From: Octopus vulgaris
Taxonomy: Eukaryota
Reading direction: 5' to 3'
DNA length: 64,000 nucleotides
Assembly (NCBI GenBank): GCA_951406725.2
Contig: OX597817.1
Coordinates: forward strand, 85,002,001-85,066,000
Under the pieces are notes generated by a model that saw nothing but the letters and a program-made list of their open reading frames with translations, had not been told where the DNA came from and made no database searches. Shown here piece after piece: positions 37,990 to 55,634 of this stretch. A program made the translations under genes and the position numbers. Position 1 is the stretch's first letter. The number at the start of each line of letters is the position of its first letter.

Positions 37990-38900
37990 TTGTTCTTGAA
38001 ATTATTACTAATTGAAATCAATTACAGTTTAACACAAACAAATCTTGTAACTAAGAATGAAATCACTGGCTTTACAGAAAACCTTAGGGCTATGACCTGG
38101 CTTAATATCATGTGCAAACAGTACACAAGCTGCCTGAACCAATTCCTTCAGGACCATTGTGAGTCTAATGATGTAATCACTCATGAGCAAACAGGTACAA
38201 AGAAAAGAGTATGGGGATACACCAAACAACTCTTAATAGACATAACTGTTCTGAGTCAAGTAAAAGAACACCATGGAAACCTTGTGACTACATTGCTTGA
38301 TTACAGAAAAGCATTTGATTCTATTCCCACTCATGACTACTGAAGTCATTATTGTTGAAGTACTTTCTGCTTTAGTTGGTGCCATTGTAAAGACCCACAA
38401 ATAACTGGTCTACATCCTTAGACTTGCAATTCCTAGAAGTGCAGGACCAACATACTTCAACAGGAGAAGGCTATGAAATATCTAGCAAACAAGAGACAGT
38501 GAAACCTTTAAACTCTGAAGATGCAACCCTAAAAGTGAATGACCTTAATATTCTGTAGAAGACATCACACATTGTCTTCTATTGAAGCATACTCCTAAAA
38601 CAATATACAAAACCATCTACAAGAAAAACTGTCCTGAGATAAACATCTCTGCTATTTGATAGATAAATAGATAGATACATACATACACACATACATATCA
38701 AGAAATACTTTCCCATCAAAACTTCTACCAAAATTCTAACATAATAGACCTGATTTTGTTATTTGGAACAGAAAAGAAAAGTCATGAATAGTTATGAAAG
38801 TCAGCGAGAAGGATAACTGCCACAAAGCTTGCACATACATTACCCTGATTATCAATTCAAATTAGCACCAATAATTATTGGTGTACTTGGCAATGATAGT
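37990..38900 (+). pseudogene. R4/Dong-like retrotransposon relic (RT plus restriction-like endonuclease fragments)
   Basis: EQTGTKKRVWGYTKQLLID..NLVTTLLDYRKAFDSIP (RT), then NRPDFVIW (about 38744) and PIIIGVLG (about 38868), which fit the C-terminal REL domain. Confidence 0.75.
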
Positions 38901-39604
38901 AAATCTTTAAGTAGCAATAATTATCCATATTGGCAGTATCATATTAATCCCATATCCAAGTTTTCAAGAAACAATTTGCAATGCACAAACATACATTTAC
39001 TAAAGAAAAAATTCATGTACACAACATGACTAGCTGAACACACATTAAATTTAAACTCAATTGGTATCAGTTTCAAAGTGCAGTGGAATATTATAGTTAC
39101 TGCCTTGACATATAAGGTTAATAGAATGATGTAGACTTTATACACTTGCAACTCTAAAAGTGGATAACTTACAAAATAGAAAGAATGAGAGATAATTGTA
39201 ATGTTCAAATTTTAAAAACTGACAAAACAAAATTAATAGAAAATAATAATTAGCCAAAAACAACTTAAATCCTCAATTTTTTTTATAAATAACAAAATGT
39301 AACAGCAATTTGAACATTCATTATACAAGAGTTTTCATAGTTCAATTGAAATTATTCATGTTATTGCAATTGTGATGCTACTACACTTGTTTGTCCACAG
39401 AGGTATGTATATGCATGTGTGTGCATGTATGTAGCTATATATATATGCATGTATATTCAAAGCAAACAAGCAACTCTGAGTGATGGAAATCGGAGCCTTT
39501 CAGTTATAATGTATTAAAGAATACTCTACCTTTTTATTGAGTCCAGTAATTTATTGCTTTTAGTGAGTCATATATATATGAATATGTTTTCGTGTATCTA
39601 AGTA

Positions 39605-39662
<58 letters not shown>

Positions 39663-39760
39663 TGAATATGATTTCGTGTATCTAAGTATGTGTGTGTGTA
39701 TATATACATATATGAATATGTTTTCATGTATCTGTGTATGTGTGTATATGTATATACACA

Positions 39761-39794
<34 letters not shown>

Positions 39795-40165
39795 CACACA
39801 CATACACTTGTAAATGAGAGTTAGTATAAAAATATATATTTATATTGGAATTTGTTCATATGTAAAAATAATCTAGGTGAGTAAGTCTGTCAATTGTATA
39901 TTTCTTGCCTTTCTATAATAGTATATTTGTCACTAATGGCCATTTAAACTCAGTGCCACTATAAATATCTTTATGACCCATTCTGGCATTAAGTAGATAG
40001 TTATCTACTAGACAGGTTAAGTCTTCAACTATTTAAAACTTTCTAAGACTAGCCGGCGGTGGTAAGTTGCCTTTTCTATAATTGTAAGCTTCCAAATGTT
40101 ATTCTTTTATATAAACAGGGATGAGCAACAACAACCTATTTTGAAATCAGTATTGATGACGCAAA

Positions 40166-40400
40166 GGGCAGCGAGCTGGCAGAATCATTAACACACTGGG
40201 TGAAATGCTTAGCAGTATTTCATCTGCCATTACATTCTGAGTTCAAATTCTGCTGAGGTGAACTTTGCCTTTCATCTTTTCAGGGGTCAATTAAATAAGT
40301 ACCAGTTATGCACTGGGGTCGATGTAATCAACTTAATTCCTTTGTCTGTCCTTGCTTGTCCCCTCTATGTTTAGCTCCCAGTGGGCAATAAAGAAATAAA
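40166..40400 (+). mobile_element. Full-length family B SINE with 15-bp TSD
   Basis: TATTGATGACGCAAA (40151-40165) and TATTGATGATGCAAA (40401-40415); head GGCAGCGAGCTGGCAGAATC; family B core; tail differs from the 32596 copy. Confidence 0.9.
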
Positions 40401-41139
40401 TATTGATGATGCAAAAACCTCATCAGTACATCAAGCTATGCTTATGTAATCTGGCCTTAAAATCTTTACAGTCACACATGTAATAATGCCCTGTAAATAC
40501 ATATACATATGTGTGTATACATATGTTTATGTATATACATATGCGTATGTACGTGTATATACGTGTGTGTATGTGTGAAATTTGTATCAGATATGCCTTA
40601 CTCCATGCAGAAGCTACTCAGAGGTATTACATGCTCTTACGAATTCATTGCAATGTTAGAAACTCTTCCATATCATCAGCAGTATCTCAGAGTTACATGC
40701 CTTTAACCCTTTAGACTGTATGCTTCACCTGAGTGTGGCAGCAAGGATTGAATTAGTTTTCGACTGTCAAAGAGTTCCACCTGCAGACTCTTCTCAACAA
40801 TAGCCACCTTCAGCTGGTTTCTGCTGCCATGCCTATCTCCTTAGTGACTTTTATCAGTTGTCTTTGTACCAGACCAGTCTTTTGCAGGAAACAGTGCACC
40901 AGCCATGACAGCCAATTTTAATAGGGAATAAAGTCTCATGTCATCATTTCACAAGTGCATCATTGACCACACCCTGATATTTGATTTTCTATAGCTAATG
41001 AGAAATGTCTAATTGCCCTCCCAGAGCTCCTTAAGTTCAACCATGATGAATGATTTCAAGCTCCTGTGTGTGTAAATCCCAGTATGTATGATTAATACAC
41101 ATCTGTGAGTTAGCATTTTTGGACATTTTAGTAGGATCT

Positions 41140-41960
41140 AACAAGTCTTGGTCCAGTGACCCAGTTTTGGAATGGTTTCTCCAGTTAGATGCCCCTCTCT
41201 AACACCAACTACTTTACTGAGTATACAGGGAACATCTTTTCTATACCACTAGTACTAATAAAGTTGCCTTGTAACTCACAAGATTAAAGAATCAATTCAA
41301 CTGAGAGGGAGCATAGGAGATAGGGTGGCTACTTTATGCAAAGTGTTGAGAAAGTATTAAAAGGAACAGGAATAGAGTTTGGTTGCAGAGGAAATTCATG
41401 GCTACATCACATTTTATATGGTTGAGTAGGATTGGTTGGAGTGGTGCCAGAAAGAGCAGTAAATATGATGGTGATGAGGACCAGAATATCCTCAGGTCAA
41501 CATGTTGAAGAAGGCAAATAGAAGAAAGAACAATTAGGAAGGATAGGTTAAGCTTGCAAGAATATGGGAGACGAATATAAACACGGAGTGGAGGTGGTCA
41601 TCTGTATACAGAGGATGGAGTAGTCAGTGGTAAATATGAGTTGGAGAAAATGAAAAGAGTAAGGAGTGGTTGTCTGCTGGAGGTAGCCCAGAGATGAAGG
41701 AGTGGTGAGTGGCAGAAGATGTCATGAAAATGGTGTGTAGTAACAAGTTCTACTTCCATTAGTTACAACAGCAGAATAACTGAGCAGATAAGAGAGAGAT
41801 GGGGTTAGGGCAATGAGTGGTAGCAAGATGAGGTATAATGCAAAGGTGTAGAGGAGAGAGAGTGAGAAATAGATACAAAGAAGGGCAGAGGTGTTTCATG
41901 GTTATTTGATGGTAATATGAGTGGGGTTGTTGATGGCAAGAGAGATGAATATCAATAAAA
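41140..41960 (-). mobile_element. Old retroposon remnant with a long purine-rich (GA) segment
   Basis: GTTTCTCCAGTTAGATGCCCCT motif of the (ATG)n-tail family followed by a GA-rich block. The same organisation occurs at about 26305-26900 and inverted at about 42200-42800. Confidence 0.45.
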
Positions 41961-42997
41961 ATGGCTATGGGGAGGAACCCAGTTGTCTTACTGGAGCGAT
42001 GAAAAGGAAGAAACAGCAGTTATAGATTTGACAAGGATAACATGCATATAGGTGTGGTTGTATGTATTGCTGATCAAGATGTTGGTCCTCATGGAGATGG
42101 CAAAGGACCAGCATGATTGGTATTTTGCTTTGCTCAAGATGCACCCACTGCAGCAAAAATGATGTCTTAAAAGCATACTGTTTATGGTTATAGCCCATTC
42201 ATCCCATCAATCATTCCCCACATCTTATTCTCTTGATACCTGGACTTCTATCACTCCCACATCCCTGGTACTATGGTTGTAATCACTAGAGGGCAGTATC
42301 AAATCATATTTCCCTCCCACTCCCAATTATTTCCTCCTCACATGAAACCTCTTCCATCTTTTATCCCCATCATTCTCCATACTTAACCCACACTATTCTC
42401 TGTACCATCAGTTATCTCTCTACTCAGCCATCCTGCCTTTTTTAAACTTCATATCTACTGTCTTTCTCTGCATTCTTTCATGCTGGCTATCATACCCCAC
42501 ACATAATAGCCACCCTTATGTACTTCTACATGTCCCACCTCGACACTCTTTCACTTTACATATCAGCCCCCCACCTTCTAATCTATCATTCCTGAGCCAC
42601 TTCTATCTCTTCCACCTTAGGTCTCTACATACTGATATTTCCCATCAATTGTACCTCCACCATTGTTCATCACTCACTACATTTACTTCAACCCCTATCT
42701 TTAACTCTCACCCTCTTATGAAAGTAACCCTCTATCATATTTTAGCCTATCAACACCTGACATAAAGTCACCTTCCTCTTCCAAATATTGCCTTCCACAT
42801 AACAGTAGGAGCTTCTTCCTTTATCTTTTTATTCTGTCATGTAAGTTACTCCACAACCTCATATATGTATATATATACATGTATATATATGTATGTATAT
42901 ATGTATGTATATATGTGTATGTATATGTATGTATGTATGTATGTATGTATATATGTATTTATGTATGTATGTATGTATATGTATGTATGTATGTATG

Positions 42998-43089
<92 letters not shown>

Positions 43090-43354
43090 TGTATAAATAT
43101 ATATATAAAACACACACATACTTAGATACAGGAAAATATATTCATATATATATATATATATATATATATGATATAAATCTCTGTTGACTCACCAAAAGCA
43201 ATAAATTACTGGACTCAATAAAAAGGCAGAGTATTCTTTAATACATTATAACTGAAAGGCTCCGATTTCCATCACTCAGAGTTGCTTGTTTGCTTTGAAT
43301 AAACATGCATATATATAGCTACATACAAGCACACACATGCATATACATACCTCT

Positions 43355-43530
43355 GTGGCATGAAAAGCAGCACTCAGCACACACTGTAATGTGACTGACA
43401 CAAAGAAGGGGATCCAGTCATAGAAACCACAAAAAAGCTGACACTGGAACTTGGTGTAGCCCTCTAGATCGCTGGATGTTGACAAACCATCCAACTCATG
43501 CTAGCATGGAAAACAGATGTTAAATGATAA
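43355..43530 (+). mobile_element. SINE 3' half with (ATG)n-type tail
   Basis: GAAGGGGATCCAGTCATAGAAACC..CCATCCAACTCATGCTAGCATGGAAAACAGATGTTAAATGAT. Confidence 0.7.
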
Positions 43531-43699
43531 GGGTGATCTCTCTCTCTCTCTCACACACACACACATATATGAAATTTGGATTTAGGATGAAAAGGTGCCT
43601 GTATGTTTCAGAGTACTAGATGTCTGAACTAAATAAAGAAATTAAGTTTCATAAATGATTCTAACTCCATCTGTAACACTTCAAAATGCATGGATATCA

Positions 43700-44002
43700 T
43701 GTACATACCTACATGCATACATACACACACACACATATATATATATAAGTATGTATCTGTCTATGTATGTATGTACATATATGCATACATGCAGACATAC
43801 ATACACGTATACACATATATACATACACATATACATACAAACATATATATACACACACACACGCATATGCACGCACACATACATACACACACATTTACAC
43901 ATATATATATACATATAAACACACAGATATATATACATACAGACGTACAGACATTTATACATACACCTACACACAAATACACATATATACATGCCTATGT
44001 AC

Positions 44003-44059
<57 letters not shown>

Positions 44060-44296
44060 CATACACACACATATATATATATACATACACACACATATAT
44101 AGACACACACATATATACACACATATATATATATATATATATACACACACATATATATATATACAGACACACATACATATAAATATATATACAAACATAT
44201 ACACACAGACACACATACATATATAAATATATATACAAACATATATACAGACACACATACATATATAAATATATATACAAACATATATATGCACAA

Positions 44297-44330
<34 letters not shown>

Positions 44331-44388
44331 AAACATATATATACAGACACACATACATAGATATATATACAAACATATATATACACAG

Positions 44389-44425
<37 letters not shown>

Positions 44426-44742
44426 CAAACATATATACACAGACACACATACATATATATATACACAGACACATATACATATATATATATATACAAACAT
44501 ATATATACACAGGCACATACATATATATATATATATACAAACATATATATACATATATATACAAACATATATACAGACACACATACATATATATATATAT
44601 ATACACACATATATATAGACACACATACATATATATACACACATATATATAGACACACATACACATATATATATATATACACACACATATATATAGACAC
44701 ACATACACATATATATATATATATATACACACATATATATAG

Positions 44743-44773
<31 letters not shown>

Positions 44774-44817
44774 CACACAAACATATATATATACACAGAC
44801 ACACATACATATATATA
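43700..44817. repeat. Compound (TA)/(CA) microsatellite with a higher-order unit
   Basis: Recurrent ACAAACATATAT..ACAGACACACATACAT unit within alternating purine/pyrimidine sequence. Confidence 0.95.
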
Positions 44818-45664
44818 TCTTTATATTAAAAAGAGAAGTAGTGTGTCTGTCTCCTACGATTTAGATTCCTAACTACTCCCACATTTTGCGGTGCAGTTTA
44901 ACCAAAAGCAGGTATCTTATAGTCGTGATTCATATCGAGCCCTTCTGGGTATTAGCGCGTGTCTACGATGAGTCTATGATTTTACAAATAATTTACCATC
45001 ATTTTTTTCCATTTTCATGCATATTTTTTTTAATTAAGGGAAGTAACTCTCAAACTTCACACCAATATGCGTGCTCATATGCGATGTAATATCACATCAG
45101 CAGCATTTCCTCACACCCTCCTTGCACTTGGCGAAGGCAAAATACCAGGGGATGAAAATGGTAATATTGCCATCGATTCCATTTGTACCATTGTTAAGAC
45201 GCCTTCTGATCTCAGAGATGCAGTGTTCCCAGATCTACAAGCTAATTATCAGAATATGGATTGGATTGGCAAAAAGGCTATACTGGCCCCGAGGAATAAA
45301 ACTGTTCACCATATTAATGATGAAATGCTAAAACTCATTCCTGGGGAAGTCTATGTATATCAGTCTATCGATACAACTCCTGACCCAGAGGACGTCATCA
45401 ACTATCCAATAGAGGTACTCAATTCCTTTGAGCACCCCGGACTACCACCACACTTTCTCAAACTTAAAGTTGGTGCCCCTATAATGCTCATCAGAAATTT
45501 GGTTCCCCCAAAACAATGCAATGGCACACGTTTGATCGTTAAGTCCTTATCTCCCACCGTAAACTTATATCAATATTTGCCTGAATAATCATCATAATTC
45601 AGTGCAATCATTAACAATACTTTCAAGCAATTCAGCCCCGAGCAACGTCGGGCAATTCTGCTAG
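44818..45664 (+). mobile_element. Non-autonomous, internally deleted Helitron
   Basis: A|TC start at 44818; subterminal hairpin CCCGA-GCAACG-TCGGG at about 45637-45652; CTAG|T end at 45661-45664; no TSD; helicase fragment inside. Confidence 0.93.
45067..45588 (+). pseudogene. PIF1-like helicase fragment of a Helitron RepHel protein
   Basis: LLALGEG..KAILAPRN..INDEML..YQSIDT..YPIEVLNS..GLPPHFLKLKVGAPIMLIRNL..CNGTRLIVKSL; Rep domain and helicase motifs I-III absent. Confidence 0.9.
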
Positions 45665-45935
45665 TACATATATATATATACATATATAAACATACATATA
45701 TATATATATATACATATATATACATACATATACATAAGTACATACGTACATATACATACATACATATACATACATATATATATATACATACATACACATA
45801 CATGCATACATATACATACATACATACATACATACATATACATATACATACATACATATATATATACATACATACATACATATACATACATGCATATATA
45901 TATATATATACATACATATACATACATACATACAT

Positions 45936-45998
<63 letters not shown>

Positions 45999-46072
45999 CA
46001 TACATACATATATATATATATACATACATACATATATATATATATACATACATACATATATATATATATACA

Positions 46073-46126
<54 letters not shown>

Positions 46127-46289
46127 CATATATATATACATATATACATATATACATATATATATACATATATACATATATACATATATATATACATATA
46201 TACATACATATATATATACATATATATATACATACATATATACATATATATATATACATACATATATATATATATACATATATATATAC

Positions 46290-46320
<31 letters not shown>

Positions 46321-46654
46321 CATATATATATACATACATATATATATACATATATATATACATACATATATATATATATACATATATATATACATACATA
46401 TATAATACATACATATATATATACATATATATATACATATATATATATATATACATACATATATATATACATACATATATATATACATACATATATATAT
46501 ACATATATATATACATACATATATATATACATACATATATATATACATACATATATATATACATACATATATATATACATACATATATATATACATACAT
46601 ATATATATATACATATATATATATACATATATATATACATACATATATATATAC

Positions 46655-46685
<31 letters not shown>

Positions 46686-46810
46686 CATATATATATACAT
46701 ACATATATATATACATATATATATATATACATATATATATACATACATATATATATACATATATATATACATACATATATACATACATATATATATACAT
46801 ATATATATAC

Positions 46811-46843
<33 letters not shown>

Positions 46844-46882
46844 CATATATACATACATACATATATACATACATACATACAT

Positions 46883-46915
<33 letters not shown>

Positions 46916-47060
46916 CATATATATATACATATATACATATATATATACATACATATATACATACATATATATATATATATACATACATATATATACATAT
47001 ATATATATATATACATACATATATATATACATATATACATACATACATACATATATATAC

Positions 47061-47149
<89 letters not shown>

Positions 47150-47225
47150 CATAATATATACATATATATATACATACATATATATATATATACATATATA
47201 TATACATACATATATATATACATAC

Positions 47226-47266
<41 letters not shown>

Positions 47267-47363
47267 CATATATATATACATACATATATATATACATATA
47301 TACATACATATATATACATATATATACATATATATACATACATATATATACATATATATATAC

Positions 47364-47418
<55 letters not shown>

Positions 47419-47518
47419 CATACATATATATATACATACATATATATATATAATATACATACATATATATACATATATATATACATACATATATATATAT
47501 ATATACATATATATATAC

Positions 47519-47583
<65 letters not shown>

Positions 47584-47610
47584 CATATATATATATATAT
47601 ACATATATAT

Positions 47611-47651
<41 letters not shown>

Positions 47652-47652
47652 C

Positions 47653-47683
<31 letters not shown>

Positions 47684-47750
47684 CATACATATATATATAT
47701 ATATATACATATATATATACATATATATACATATATATATATATATATAC

Positions 47751-47783
<33 letters not shown>

Positions 47784-47928
47784 CATATATATACATATAT
47801 ATATATATATATACATACATATATATATATATATACATATATATATACATACATATATATATATATACATACATATATATACATATATATACATATACAT
47901 ATATATATATACATATATATATACATAC

Positions 47929-47963
<35 letters not shown>

Positions 47964-47968
47964 CATAC

Positions 47969-48011
<43 letters not shown>

Positions 48012-48134
48012 CATATATATATATATATATACATACATATATATATACATACATATATATATATACATACATACATATATACATACATATATATACATAT
48101 ATATATATATATATACATACATACATACATATAC

Positions 48135-48165
<31 letters not shown>

Positions 48166-48232
48166 TATATATATATATATATACATACATATATATATAC
48201 ATATATATATACATACATATATATATATATAC

Positions 48233-48263
<31 letters not shown>

Positions 48264-48331
48264 CATATATATATACATACATATATATATATATACATAT
48301 ATATATATACATACATATATATATACATACA

Positions 48332-48367
<36 letters not shown>

Positions 48368-48799
48368 CATACATATATATACATATATATACATATATAT
48401 ACATATATATACATATATATACATACATATATATATATACACATCTATATATACATATATATATACATATATATATACATATATATACATATATATATAT
48501 ACATATATATACATATATATATACATATATATATACACATATATATACATATATATATATACATATACATATATATATACATATATATACACATATATAT
48601 ACATATATATATACATATATATACATATATATATACATATATATATACATATACACATATATATACACATATATATACATATATATACATATATATACAT
48701 ATATATATACATATATATACATATACACATATATATACATATATATATACATATACATATACACATACATATATATATACATATACACATATATATACA

Positions 48800-48833
<34 letters not shown>

Positions 48834-48999
48834 CATATATATATATACATATATATACATATACATATATATATACATATATATATACATATATATACAT
48901 ATATATATACATATATATACATATATATACATATATACATATATATACATATATACATACATATATATATATACATACATATATATATATACATACATA

Positions 49000-49031
<32 letters not shown>

Positions 49032-49240
49032 CATATATATATATACATACATACATATATACATACATATATATATACATATATATACACATACATATAT
49101 ATATATACATATATATACATACATACATATATATATACATATATATACATATATACATACATATATATATATACATATATATACACATACATATATATAT
49201 ATACATATATATACATACATACATACATATATATATATAC

Positions 49241-49271
<31 letters not shown>

Positions 49272-49573
49272 CATATATATATACATATATATACATACAT
49301 ATATATATACATATATATACATACATACATACATATATATATACATATATATACATACATACATACATATATATACATATATATACACACATATATATAT
49401 ATACATATATATACATACATACATACATATATATATACATATATATACATACATACATATATATATATACACATATATATACATACATACATACATATAT
49501 ATATATATACATACATACATATATATATACATATATATACATACATACATACATATATATATATATATACACA

Positions 49574-49633
<60 letters not shown>

Positions 49634-49768
49634 CATATATATACATACATACATATATATATATACATATATATACATACATACATACATATATATATAT
49701 ATACATATATATACATACATAAATACATATATATATATATACATATATATACATACATATATATATAC

Positions 49769-49813
<45 letters not shown>

Positions 49814-49928
49814 CATATATATATACATATATATACACATACATATATATATATATACATATATATACATACATACATATATATATATACATATATATAC
49901 ATACATATATATATACATATATACATAC

Positions 49929-49973
<45 letters not shown>

Positions 49974-50223
49974 CATATATATATATACATATATATATAT
50001 ACATATATATACATACATATATATATACATATATATATATATATGTATGTGTGTATGTATGTATGTGTATGTGTGTGTATGTATGTGTGTATGTATGTGT
50101 GTGTATGTATGTATGTATGTATGTATACATACATATATATATACATACATATATATATACATGCATATATATATACATACATATATACATACATATATAT
50201 ATATACATACATATATACATACA

Positions 50224-50259
<36 letters not shown>

Positions 50260-50260
50260 C

Positions 50261-50293
<33 letters not shown>

Positions 50294-50378
50294 CATACAT
50301 ATATATATATACATACATATATACATACATACATATATATATACATACATACATATATACATACATACATATATATAA
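45665..50378. repeat. About 4.7 kb (TA)n/(TACA)n microsatellite
   Basis: Almost pure alternating purine/pyrimidine tract; a short polarity flip to (TATG)n at about 50043-50125. Confidence 0.97.
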
Positions 50379-50379
50379 T

Positions 50380-50666
50380 AGCCATCTCAAAAATGGCTAA
50401 CCACAAAGGGGAGGGGTGTTACTGTAAATTTTTTTCTGAGATTTAATAATAAATTTTAGAGAGTTACTGTGGTTTGATTTCTGATTCTGCATGGTAAATT
50501 TTGTTTTTAAATCGTAGACTCATCGTAGACGCGCGCTATGTCTTTGAATCATGCATTGGGCTATGTGTGGTTAAACTGCACCGAATCGGTTGAAAATGTG
50601 GTCAGAGTGAGTTAGGAATCTAAATCGTAGGAGACAGACACACAACCTCACTTTTATATATAAAGA
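50380..50666 (-). mobile_element. Helitron 5' portion, same family as 44818, inverted
   Basis: Minus strand A|TCTTTATATATAAAAGTGAGGTTGTGTGTCTGTCTCCTACGATTTAGATTCCTAACT.. matches 44818 onward, including GCGCG.GTCTACGATGAGTCTA; no CTAG end found. Confidence 0.85.
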
Positions 50667-51153
50667 TTTCCTCTATTTACATACATATTGAGGTCTCTTT
50701 CTTTCTTTTGTTATCTTACTGTTTTTACCAATATACATATATATATATATATATAAATATATATATAGTTACAGAGATGTACTTGCATAGCAAGTGACTT
50801 GATCTGAGATCGTGTGCTGGAACGAAAACAGTTGCAGCGTTGAATATAAGCCATTTAAAAACACACAAAAATATAGATTCACTTCAACATTTATATAATT
50901 TGTCAAAATATATATCATACATAGCATATATATTTCAACATACATATATTATACATATATATATACATACAATATATACATACATATATATATACATACA
51001 TATATATATACATACATATATATATACACACATATATATATATGTATGTATGTACATGTGTGTATATGTGTATGCATGTATGTGTGTGCGTGTCTGTGCT
51101 TGTGATTGTCCTCCACCACTGCTTGACAACGAATGTTGGTTTGTTTACATCCC

Positions 51154-52420
51154 TGTTTCAGCCATCCGGCTGAGGAAACAGATGCTGGGGCACCGCCCTT
51201 GTTGCTACCCTCTCTAAGTCCAGTTTGCCGTGGCTGGCCACTGATCTAAGAGAGAGTTTGTAGCTGCTGCCCTTAGGTTACCTTCGTACCTTGCAGTGGG
51301 TTCATCTGGGATCCCGGAAAGCAGCTTGTCTAGATGTTTTTTGAAAATGTCCACATCCGCATCATGTAGATCTCTTAGTTTTCTTGGCAGTTTGTTGAAA
51401 AGCTGAGGGCCCCTGAACCCCAGGCTATTACAGTATCTGCTCCTTACCCTGGATGTGGAAGACGGGACCTTTGGCACCACACAGTGACGTCCTGTACGGG
51501 GATTGGAACAGCTCTCAATTTCCAAAATTTGGTGCTAGTCCCTCCAGGATTTTCCATATGTATATCACTGCATATCTCTCTCGTCTTCGTTCCAAGGAGT
51601 ACAAATTGAGTTCCCTAAGCCTCTCCCAATAGTTCTTTTCTTTCATGGTGGAAATCCTCTTCGTGAAATGTCTTTGGATTGTCTCAAGCTCTGTGGTTAG
51701 TTTGACACTATGCGGTGACCACAGTTGGGAGCAGTAGTCCAGGCGGCTTAGGACAAATGTCCTCCATAGTGTCAACATGGTCTCGCAGTCTCTTGTCCGG
51801 AATGTCCTCAGGATCCAGCCAGTGAGTCGTCTGCACATTGTCGCCACCTTCGCGATGTGTGAAGAAAAAGATGCATCGTCACTCATGTCTATCCCCAGGT
51901 CCCGTATTGATTTCGATACTGGGATTTCGATCCCTCCTGGACCAGTATAGTTGTGTTGTAATGTATATGTGTTTACAGCTTGATATTGTAAGGCTTGAAA
52001 TTTACCAGCATTAAATTGCATGTTGTTGTCTTCAGCCCATTTGTATATGGCATCCAGATCTTGTTGTAAAAGGTCAGCATCAGCTGGGTTTTTGATTGCC
52101 TGTGCTACCTTTGTGTCATCAGCATAGCTAGTGAGGGATGTTGTTTGTGCTACCAAGGGCATGTCAGAGAGCGCCACCAAAAACAGCAAGGGTCCCAAGA
52201 CTGTGCCCTGTGGCACCCCGCTTGCTATTGGTGTCTTTCCCGAGAGGGCCCTGCAACCATCTGGCTTCTGTCCTTCAGGAAGTCATGTATCCACTCAAGT
52301 TATGCCGAGTCTGAGTAATTTGACATATCACTCCGTGGTCGACTTTGTCAAAGGCCTTCGCAAAGTCACAAGGTTTCCACCCAGTAGTTGTAACCCAGCT
52401 CAGGTACGATAACAGAGCAG
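51154..52420 (-). mobile_element. 5'-truncated CR1-group LINE, subfamily 2
   Basis: [28 protein letters not shown]; nearly identical to 61728-63251; a 1-nt frameshift near 51520; sequence degrades beyond about 52250. Confidence 0.92.
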
Positions 52421-52424
52421 TTTC

Positions 52425-52525
52425 AGCTACAGTTCGTTGTCCAGTGGACGGCACGGAGACTGGCCTTCAGAGAGGTTAGCTTCGAGGCGGTGCCCAGCAT
52501 GTGCCCAGCCTGTGAGCAAACTGAA
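52425..52525 (+). mobile_element. Degraded 3' tail of another CR1-group LINE
   Basis: GGCGGTGCCCAGCATGTGCCCAGCC matches the conserved tail motif; preceded by CAGTTCGTTGTCCAGTGG, similar to the ORF2 end (SL..QW). Confidence 0.5.
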
Positions 52526-52534
52526 GTAGTTCTT

Positions 52535-55630
<3,096 letters not shown>

Positions 55631-55634
55631 ACAA

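Larger units (their letters stand above)
39395..43358. repeat. About 4 kb segment bounded by ~220-250 bp inverted repeats
   Basis: 39395-~39615 is the reverse complement of ~43110-43358 (CCACAGAGGTATG...CAAGCAACTCTGAGTGATGGAAATCGGAGCCTTTCAGTTATAATG...GTATCTAAGTATG) with few mismatches. Confidence 0.9.

Noticed and set aside
40580-41050. Possible RTE-like RT remnant on the minus strand
   Set aside because: Only faint motif resemblance; I could not anchor a convincing RT motif by eye.
45570-50406. ORFs of up to 1606 aa rich in Y/I/M/V/C (also near 1-324, 39534-39813, 42846-44810, 52490-55688, 61175-61854 and 63207-63936)
   Set aside because: Alternating purine/pyrimidine microsatellites cannot form stop codons, so long ORFs arise in every frame; there is no protein signal.
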